Source of the DNA: Microcystis aeruginosa NIES-843
Lineage (GTDB): Bacteria > Cyanobacteriota > Cyanobacteriia > Cyanobacteriales > Microcystaceae
Assembly: GCF_000010625.1 (NCBI RefSeq)
Contig: NC_010296.1
Coordinates: 750,001 to 782,000, forward strand
Direction: 5' to 3'
DNA: 32,000 bases
Shown: in pieces, positions 25,321 through 32,000 of the stretch
How the letters are laid out: each line of letters begins with the position of its first letter
Numbering within the stretch: the stretch's first letter is position 1
Position numbers and translations under genes: made by a program
Notes under the pieces: generated by a model
Told to the model about the DNA's origin: nothing
Seen by the model: only the letters and a program-made list of their open reading frames with translations
The model's database searches: none

Positions 25321-25791
25321 ATGGTTGATTGTAGTCAGATTCAGTTTGACGAGGATAAAAGCAAGATAGATCTATCGCAACTACGAGAATTATTTAATTT
25401 AACCGCATTTTGGGCAATCGATCGCCGTTTAGAAGATTTAGAAACCGCAATTGACTATAGTGATCCGGTGGTGACGGTGTGGAATGAGCGGCAATTAATT
25501 GGTTTTGCTCGCGCCATTTCTGACGGCATTTATCGGGCAACTATTTGGGATGTGATCGTTCATCCCGATTATCAGGGAGCGGGTTTAGGGCGTAAATTAG
25601 TAGAAACAGTCTTGGCCCATCCCCGAATAAATCGGGTGGAAAGAGTCTATTTGATGACTACTAATCAAGAAAATTTTTACCGGCGCATTGGTTTCCAAAG
25701 CAACGCCACCACGACGATGGTATTATTTAATCGTTATCCCGAGGAGTTTTCCTATCCGGCGATCGAGGTAAAGAAAAAACGATCCGTGTGA
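25321..25791 (+). CDS. GNAT-family N-acetyltransferase
   Basis: Acetyl-CoA binding motif VHPDYQGAGLGRKLVE. 156 aa. Confidence 0.8.
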   Translation: MVDCSQIQFDEDKSKIDLSQLRELFNLTAFWAIDRRLEDLETAIDYSDPVVTVWNERQLIGFARAISDGIYRATIWDVIVHPDYQGAGLGRKLVETVLAHPRINRVERVYLMTTNQENFYRRIGFQSNATTTMVLFNRYPEEFSYPAIEVKKKRSV

Positions 25792-26536
25792 GCTTGTCCT
25801 GACTATTGTTATCGATTTGATCTAAGCTCATTTCCCCCCCCGAGACTTCGATAATGCCTTTCGCTAACTGAAATTTAAGACCGGGAGAAAGACCGATAGC
25901 TTGAGTAAATTGTTTGACTTCTTCTGGCTTTGATTCTAAACTCAAAGGAGAAATTTCTGGCATTTGCCAGAGAGCGATTTCCCCCGGAAATTCTAGGGTA
26001 ATAGTGACTTTTTTCTCGCCAAGGGCGCTTACCGATATACAAATAGAGCCACTCGTTAAGTTGGCGATCGCCGCATCGACGAGAAGGACAAGAGCGGAGG
26101 ATAAACGTTGATAATCGGCAATAATAGCAATATCATCGGTCAAAGGGCTAAATTTAAGCTTAATATTGCGATTAGCTGCCTGTAAATAGGTTAGACTTGC
26201 CCAATCTTGCCAAAGTTTAGTTAAAGAAAAAATTTCTTGATCGAGAGGTATAGTACCCGACTCTAGTTTGGAGAGATTAATCATCTCATCGACCATTGCC
26301 ATCAGTTTACAGCCCGCCAGTTGCCCCTGGGCGATAAATTCCCTTTCCTCGGCCGGACTTTCACAAAGATCGGCGAGAATCAGTTGATGGAGACTGATCA
26401 TACTGCTCAATGGCGATCGCAATTCGTGGGCAACCCGTGCCAAAAAACTGCTTTTGAGGTGATTAATTGCCACGGCCAGGTGATAAGCGAGGCGAGTTTG
26501 CTGTAATTCCCGTTTTAAAGCGTCAATATCGTCCAT
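25727..26536 (-). CDS. histidine kinase-like protein (HisKA domain, divergent ATPase domain)
   Basis: H-box FLARVAHELRSPLSSM. The likely start is ATG 26536 (MDDIDALK), 2 nt after the tsaC stop; the track start is 26590. Confidence 0.6.
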   Translation of the reverse strand: MDDIDALKRELQQTRLAYHLAVAINHLKSSFLARVAHELRSPLSSMISLHQLILADLCESPAEEREFIAQGQLAGCKLMAMVDEMINLSKLESGTIPLDQEIFSLTKLWQDWASLTYLQAANRNIKLKFSPLTDDIAIIADYQRLSSALVLLVDAAIANLTSGSICISVSALGEKKVTITLEFPGEIALWQMPEISPLSLESKPEEVKQFTQAIGLSPGLKFQLAKGIIEVSGGEMSLDQIDNNSQDKLTRIVFSLPRSPDRKTPRDND

Positions 26537-26538
26537 AT

Positions 26539-27126
26539 TTACAGAAAAACTGCCCCTTGTCGTAAGATATCCCATCCTTGACATTGCCAACGCGCAACGG
26601 TGGAGGGTTGTCCACTATTGATTATTCCCCATGCTTGCCTTTCTGTGGGCGCTAACACCGTCACCGAGGGAAAAGTAGTCATAATCGCTTCTGGAGTCAA
26701 TAAAGGCTCTTGTCCTGACAGATTAGCACTTGTGGTCGCTAAAACACCAGTTCGACCAAGAATTTCTCGTGCGATCGCATGAGCGGGAACTCGGATACCA
26801 ATCGTGCTAGGATTTTTAGGGTTAAGAACTTTTGGTACTTTTTCAGCAGCAGGTAAAACCAAAGTTAGGGAGCCGGGCCAGTGTTTTTCGGTCATTTGCC
26901 GCCAAATTTCCCTTTCTTCCTGATTTCCCTCGACATAATCCCATAAATCTGCTGCTGAGGCCGCCATGAGAATTAAAGGTTTATCAAAAGTCCGTTTTTT
27001 AGCGGCAAAAATTAAGGCAGCATAGGGGGGAGAAACTGCTAAAGCGGGAACTGTATCCGTGGGAAAAGAAACCACTTGACCACTTAAGGCCGCGTGAACA
27101 ATTTCGTTAAGAGAAGCAGTAGGCAT
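26539..27126 (-). CDS. tsaC: L-threonylcarbamoyladenylate synthase (TsaC/YrdC/Sua5 family)
   Basis: Motifs VVSFPTDTVPAL, LILMAAS and TTSANLSGQEP. 195 aa. Confidence 0.85.
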   Translation of the reverse strand: MPTASLNEIVHAALSGQVVSFPTDTVPALAVSPPYAALIFAAKKRTFDKPLILMAASAADLWDYVEGNQEEREIWRQMTEKHWPGSLTLVLPAAEKVPKVLNPKNPSTIGIRVPAHAIAREILGRTGVLATTSANLSGQEPLLTPEAIMTTFPSVTVLAPTERQAWGIINSGQPSTVARWQCQGWDILRQGAVFL

Positions 27127-27341
27127 TGAGAATTGATCATTTTTGGGGACTAATTTAGCCTAAAACTTTTCGGTGAAATATAAAACCAGAACAACCCCCC
27201 CCCGATGAAAGTGACAAAACTTATAGCTGAGTGCTGTCAGGGACTGGCGTAAAAATAAGATGCCAGCGTTGAGAGTGGGAGCAACAAGTTGCCTCTCCAG
27301 TCTAGACGGTAATTTATTCATACGCAAGTTCCTAAGCATAG

Positions 27342-27851
27342 TTAACGAATCCTGTACCAAATTTCCCCACCAGTCAGTAACTGATTTGCTCCTTTCATCT
27401 GAAAACTCCCCGATGAGGACTGACCTAAAGTACCAGCAAGAGATTGAACTGTCGTACAAGCGTCAAGCATTTGGTTAGGAGCCGGCGGACAATAGTACCA
27501 GATTCCCCCGACCATGGTTCTACCTCGCAGCGGGGTAAAGACAAAGGAATTAGCACCAGTCAACCGGTAATTGCCTGTCCATTCAGTCAACGCCGGCGGA
27601 CTGGGAATGTTCGAGCCAGAGCCGATCGCATAACTACCACGATAGGTGCCATCTGGGAAAAAACTCATTTGTTGAGTTGCAGGCGGATCACCAGAAGTCG
27701 AATGTCGCCAAGTACCGATCAGAGGAGAATTTTGTTGGGCTAACCCTAATTGAGTAGCTAGGGATGAAATAAGTAGCAGACACATAGGCAGCCCGATAAG
27801 AGTAATTGGAAGCAATTTGTTGAAAGTCCGAATCCTATCTGTAATATTCAT
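27342..27851 (-). CDS. hypothetical secreted protein
   Basis: 169 aa with an N-terminal signal/TM segment. Gly/Ser/Thr-rich, beta-type composition. No family recognised. Confidence 0.5.
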   Translation of the reverse strand: MNITDRIRTFNKLLPITLIGLPMCLLLISSLATQLGLAQQNSPLIGTWRHSTSGDPPATQQMSFFPDGTYRGSYAIGSGSNIPSPPALTEWTGNYRLTGANSFVFTPLRGRTMVGGIWYYCPPAPNQMLDACTTVQSLAGTLGQSSSGSFQMKGANQLLTGGEIWYRIR

Positions 27852-28325
27852 TTTTAAGACCTCCCAGTTTCGCTCTAAAGTTGATCAGGCCATCTCGAAG
27901 TGCTTACTATCCAAAGACGCTAACCAACTTAATCAAACTTAATATTGTCTTTTGTGTCCTCCCTTGTACAGCCATATTGTAACATTCTTGACCAAAAACT
28001 AACGAGTGCAAATAAAAACTTTTGCTCCTTTAGATGGGCTTGTTTTTGACTCAATTGTTCACTCTAGAATTAGCAATAGACCCTAGAGGTATGTGTTTAG
28101 TCTTTTAGACTACTCGCTTGCTGGCAAAATATGACCAATGTATTTGATTAACTGGACTGGGAGCAACAAAAATTAATTTTTCCCACTGTCTGAGTAGATT
28201 GAGCCTTGGCCCTACTTTTGCCTGTAAATCAGGGAATAATAAGCCTAAGATTCGCTGGCTGTCCTTGTTATTTATGAGTGACTATCCCGATTTTTCCGCT
28301 TATGGCTATCAGGTAAGCAAAATCC

Positions 28326-28507
28326 GGGAGCATCTCACTTACGCGATAAGTAATTATACTTAGCCTAAAAGCCACTCTTAATCGTGTCTTGGAACGAAAT
28401 AGAGGCTTTTAAAGACTGCGTACATGGAGAATTAAAACAAGAATTACCCTCGAAAAGCCTATTTTTCCACTAAGTATTTATGCTCATTGCAAAGGTGAGA
28501 TGCTCCC
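28326..28507 (+). mobile_element. 182-bp MITE (family A), copy 2
   Basis: By eye, base-for-base identical to 10188-10369. No flanking direct repeat here (GCAAAATCC versus GATCGTGTT). Confidence 0.85.
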
Positions 28508-28584
28508 GATCGTGTTCCCGATTGCCTTGGCTGGTTTAGCATTAGATACAACTCGTAACGTGGGCTTTGGTTTTTTAGGAATAT

Positions 28585-29804
28585 TAGACCTCTTGCATAA
28601 TTTTTTTATGGTATAATATAAGGTTTTGCTTTTTTCTCAATTCTTAGATTGAAGTGGAAAAAAGAATAAAATGTGATCTTAGGTCAGGAAATCATCTATA
28701 ATTTTGCTATGTTTATTAGCAAAATTATGGATTATCAAAACTTATCAGATGAACAATTCAAACGCCGTTTCGGTGTGTATAAACAAACATATAGAAAGAT
28801 GGTAGAATCAGTAAAAAGTGTTGAAGCCGACTCTAATTCACCATCTAAAAGGGGACCGAAACCTAAACTATCTATAGAAGAACAAGTTTTAGTAACGTTA
28901 GAATATTGGCGAGAATATAGAACATATTTTCACATTGGTACAAGCTGGGAACTATCAGAATCAACTATATGTCGGATTGTAAATAAGACGGAAAAAATGC
29001 TTTTACAATCGGGAAACTTCCGTTTAAAAGGAAAAAAAGCTTTACTCAATCAAGCAGAGATACCGGTCATAACGGTAATGGATGTAACGGAAACTCCCAT
29101 TGAACGCCCCCAAAAGAAACAGAAAGATTTTTTGGGGGGTAAAAGAGGTTATCATACTTTAAAATCCCAATTAGTAGCTGATCAAAATACAAAGGAAATT
29201 ATCTGTGTCTTTTGTGGGAAAGGTAGAGGTCATGATTTTAGTTTATTTAAAAAAAGTCGAGTTCGTTTTCATCCTTTAACTACCAGCATAGAAGACAGTG
29301 GTTATCAGGGAATAGCTGCATACCATAGTAATAGTTATACACCGAAAAAGAAATCGAAAAATAGAAAATTAACAGAGTTAGAAAAAGAGTATAACAAGGC
29401 TTTAGCCAAAGAAAGGATTATCATTGAACCTATAAATAGGAAACTCAAAATCTTTAAAATCTTATCCTGTAAATATCGGAATCGTCGTCGAAGATATAGT
29501 TTAAGAGTTAACTTGTTGGCGGCTATTTATAACTGTGAGTTAGGGATAGGTATAGCAGCTTCTTAAAAGTTGCCTAAAGATTAATCAAGTCAAGGAGAAT
29601 TTATTCTCAATTTTTATAATTGAGATAGTTTGTGCCGCTTAAATAAAGAGGTTTTGATAACCAAATTAAAGCAGCTCTAAAGAGTTTTGAGTTAAAAGTT
29701 AAACTTCAAGTTTTCATTCAGGACAAATGTACTGATTAACTAATTTTTTGGGGAAAATTAGTTAACCCATCATTATAACATATAATTAATTTGCAAGAGT
29801 TCTA
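28585..29804 (+). mobile_element. IS5-family-like insertion sequence
   Basis: Terminal inverted repeats TAGACCTCTTGCATAATT (28585-) and AATTTGCAAGAGTTCTA (-29804) enclose a single DDE transposase ORF. The target duplication is not resolved. Confidence 0.65.
28727..29566 (+). CDS. DDE transposase (IS5-family / DDE_Tnp_4-like)
   Basis: N-terminal HTH region (KRGPKPKLSIEEQVLVTLEYWREY), then D (VMDVTE), D (EDSGYQG) and E (ERIIIEPINRKLK) blocks. ATG 28727 is preferred over the GTG at 28673. Confidence 0.75.
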   Translation: MDYQNLSDEQFKRRFGVYKQTYRKMVESVKSVEADSNSPSKRGPKPKLSIEEQVLVTLEYWREYRTYFHIGTSWELSESTICRIVNKTEKMLLQSGNFRLKGKKALLNQAEIPVITVMDVTETPIERPQKKQKDFLGGKRGYHTLKSQLVADQNTKEIICVFCGKGRGHDFSLFKKSRVRFHPLTTSIEDSGYQGIAAYHSNSYTPKKKSKNRKLTELEKEYNKALAKERIIIEPINRKLKIFKILSCKYRNRRRRYSLRVNLLAAIYNCELGIGIAAS

Positions 29805-30200
29805 TTGATTAGTTTAGATATTTGGTTACAAGAAAACCAGGATTTTCCTAAATGGCTTTATTTAACTATCTCAACACTTCTTTACATTAACCTCATCATT
29901 CCTATCCACTCTATTATAGTTGATTATCCACCTTCTCTACAGGACTATCCCTACCGAGGTCTTTATCAAATAATTCATTCTATTTTTCTTTAGTGTTATG
30001 ATTTCCCTATATTTTGAACTGGTAGATAAAATATGAACAGGATAATTAAGGTTGCTTTAGTTGCCTTACTATGGATAATTGTGACTACTTCCGCAGTTGA
30101 CCTCGGAGGAGATACATCACGTCGTTTGGACATGGCTCATGCTTGGTGGACAGGTCAACCGGAAATGGGAGCATCCCAGTTTTGCAATGAGTAAAAATAC

Positions 30201-31127
30201 TCAGGCAATATCGCCGTTGAGATAAGCACAACGTAGCTTCAAATACTGAGGAACATTCTCTGCTTTCCATTGTGCTCCCACAATTTTCATTCTTGCACCT
30301 ATTTGCTTAATCTTTGACTCTACACTTCCAGAACCGATGCAAATCCCTTGTGATTGATAGAGTTCGTAATTGGGTATTCTTTCTCGATGTTTATCGACAT
30401 ATTTGGTGAAATTTATAGCCTGTTTCTTTTTGCATCCCTCTAATTCCTCTAAAACTCTTTTCACCTCTCCTTTCCATAAATTCTCTTTGATTCTATTCAG
30501 ACGCTTGTTTGACCCGCCTATTTTCTTCATATTCTCTACTAAATGATACCAATCCAATATTTCTCTCCTTTTAACACCGATTTTCTCCATCAGATTCCAC
30601 ACCCCATCATGACCATCTCCTAAACAGGTGACTACCTCTGTTAAGGGCTGACGGTTCACCCATTCCAGTAATTCTTCATTTTGCTGAAAAAATCCCGCAC
30701 ATTCTTGACCATGCAGACTTACTGCTTTGTAATCTCGACCTTGACTCGGTTGTCCTTTGGGCGTTCTGATTCTGACTTTTCCGACCTCTACACTCAATGC
30801 TTCTACCGGACTCTTTGCTTCTGCTTCCTCAAATTTATATCTTTGTACAAGCCTCTGTTGACTACTGCCTGAAACTGCCATTCCTGTCGCCATTTTGATA
30901 GCTTTTTCCGCATCTTCAAAAGAGACTTTAGCCACTGCTCCTAAGCAACATTTCTCCAGCATGGGACTTAATCGATTATTCTTGCTTAATCCTAGTTTAT
31001 CGGCTTGTTTCTCGCTTATCTTGACTTTCCCTATGATACTGCTTACGCTTTTGGTTCGCCCTGCTTGGGTTCCTGTTGCTGATTCAAAAAAAAATTGCCT
31101 ATGGCAGGACCCAATGTAGTCAGCCAA
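30201..31127 (-). CDS. IS transposase orfB (copy 2), in the -1 frame relative to orfA
   Basis: Carries CLGDGHDGVWNLM..ILDWYHLVENM..GSGSVESKIKQIG and is collinear with 6127-6984. Confidence 0.7.
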   Translation of the reverse strand: MADYIGSCHRQFFFESATGTQAGRTKSVSSIIGKVKISEKQADKLGLSKNNRLSPMLEKCCLGAVAKVSFEDAEKAIKMATGMAVSGSSQQRLVQRYKFEEAEAKSPVEALSVEVGKVRIRTPKGQPSQGRDYKAVSLHGQECAGFFQQNEELLEWVNRQPLTEVVTCLGDGHDGVWNLMEKIGVKRREILDWYHLVENMKKIGGSNKRLNRIKENLWKGEVKRVLEELEGCKKKQAINFTKYVDKHRERIPNYELYQSQGICIGSGSVESKIKQIGARMKIVGAQWKAENVPQYLKLRCAYLNGDIA

Positions 31128-31252
31128 TGGTCTCGCAGGGCGGTTTCAATGCCCTCAAAGCTACGTAGTTGTTCTTCTGGGGTATTATCGACTAGAATTT
31201 GAGCAATGGCTTTTAAATGTTGATCTAGTTGTTCTTTTTGGTCTGTATTCAT
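31043..31252 (-). CDS. IS transposase orfA (copy 2)
   Basis: 69-aa ORF homologous to 5921-6130. It ends about 40 nt after the T-run slippery site. Confidence 0.65.
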   Translation of the reverse strand: MNTDQKEQLDQHLKAIAQILVDNTPEEQLRSFEGIETALRDHWLTTLGPAIGNFFLNQQQEPKQGEPKA

Positions 31253-32000
31253 GATTCTACCGTTTAATTGTTTCTCTTTATTTTGCCTTAGCTAACGTTT
31301 TTAGTCTCTAAGCATTTATACTTATGGCAAAATTGGGATGCTCCCACCGGAAATATCCTTAACATCGGATTATAAACCTGAAGTTCGCGGAGAACAGTGG
31401 ATGGTTTTTGGAGTTGATAATAAACCTTACATTTTTTATGAAGTAGGACAATCGGTATTAATGCTTCCTGCTGATTGGATAGGAACTCAATTACATCAAT
31501 ATTTTCCTGATATAGGTGAAAAAGATTTCCGTCGTTTGTCCGTAACTTTTTTGACTTTTATTCCTCTTAACGTTGCTACAGTTATTGCTTGTTTTTGGTT
31601 ACTAAGAATTTTTAAAGTTAACGAAAATCTAGCGGCTTTTAGTAGTATTATATGGTTAATTGGTAGCACTTTTCTACACTATGCCCAAATTCCATTTCAG
31701 AACAATCAGGTGCTATTATTGGTTATACTCGGGTATGGTTGTGCTTTAGTCGCTTCCCTCGATCAAAAACCTCTTTTTGCCCTACTTGGTGGATTATGCT
31801 TAGGATTGGCCATTTTAATTCGGGTTAGTTCTATTCTTCATGTTCTAACTGTGTCTCTGTTCTTTATTACTTACCTTTTTTACAAGTATCGACATAGAAA
31901 AATTATCTTTCAGTACGGATTAATCTGGTTGGGAGGCTTTCTCCCTCTATTTTTATTGGGGAGATTGCTCGATTATATCCGCTATGGAAGCCCCTGGATG

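Larger units (their letters stand above)
30167..31345 (-). mobile_element. IS element with ISKra4/ISLre2-like DDE transposase, copy 2 (diverged)
   Basis: Terminal inverted repeats GGGAGCATCCCAGTTTTGCAATGAGTA (30167-) and ..TTATGGCAAAATTGGGATGCTCCC (-31345). Perfect 9-bp target duplication ACCGGAAAT at 30158-30166 and 31346-31354. Confidence 0.85.
30033..32000 (+). pseudogene. polytopic membrane protein gene (GT-C/ArnT-like glycosyltransferase fold suspected) split by an IS; 3' end lies outside the window
   Basis: The ATG 30033 frame (MNRIIKVALVALLWIIV..AHAWWTGQPE) is cut at 30166. After the IS and one TSD copy are removed, it continues in frame from 31355 (ISLTSDYKPEV...) as a multi-TM ORF that stays open to 32000. 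Confidence 0.7.

Noticed and set aside
27160-27478. Overlapping 99-aa (minus) and 72-aa (plus) ORFs between tsaC and the secreted-protein gene
   Set aside because: They are mutually exclusive, and both partly overlap the 3' end of the 27342-27851 gene. Neither has recognisable motifs. A small real gene here cannot be excluded, but it is not supportable from sequence alone.

Overview
This is a cyanobacterial chromosome segment. It carries HIP1 GCGATCGC palindromes, many heptanucleotide tandem-repeat tracts and carboxysome/RuBisCO-assembly genes, and its IS/MITE load looks Microcystis-like (inference only). Core genes: exbB (partial)-exbD, csaB, raf1, ccmO, a Gfo/Idh/MocA oxidoreductase, a hydantoinase/oxoprolinase-A protein, a chorismate-lyase-like protein, a GST, signal peptidase I, an alpha/beta hydrolase, a PfkB sugar kinase, a GNAT, a histidine kinase and tsaC.

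An accessory island lies between ccmO and the oxidoreductase (~5.0-14.9 kb). It holds an EcoRI-type restriction-modification pair with catalytic D91/E111/K113 at the EcoRI positions, and three type II toxin-antitoxin pairs (a truncated PIN, MazF, VapC). All are on the + strand. Every cassette boundary carries a copy or fragment of a structured ~100-bp repeat that I could not assign to a known class.

The most unusual structure is a four-level nesting at 10.1-12.7 kb. An IS701-family element sits in that repeat next to the truncated PIN gene. Its transposase gene is split by two different MITEs. One of those MITEs carries a 786-nt ORF-less group II intron inserted exactly in its (GGGGTGT)n tract, and candidate EBS1/EBS2 in the intron are complementary to that repeat.

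A second IS family (ISKra4/ISLre2-like) is present as two diverged copies. Both keep a U UUU UUG slippery site at the orfA/orfB junction. It also has two identical 182-bp MITE derivatives. One IS copy splits a polytopic membrane-protein gene with a 9-bp target duplication.

No rRNA, tRNA or CRISPR array was seen. No clearly novel protein-based system could be supported. The strongest candidates for follow-up are the repeat-delimited cassette array and the repeat-targeted intron.
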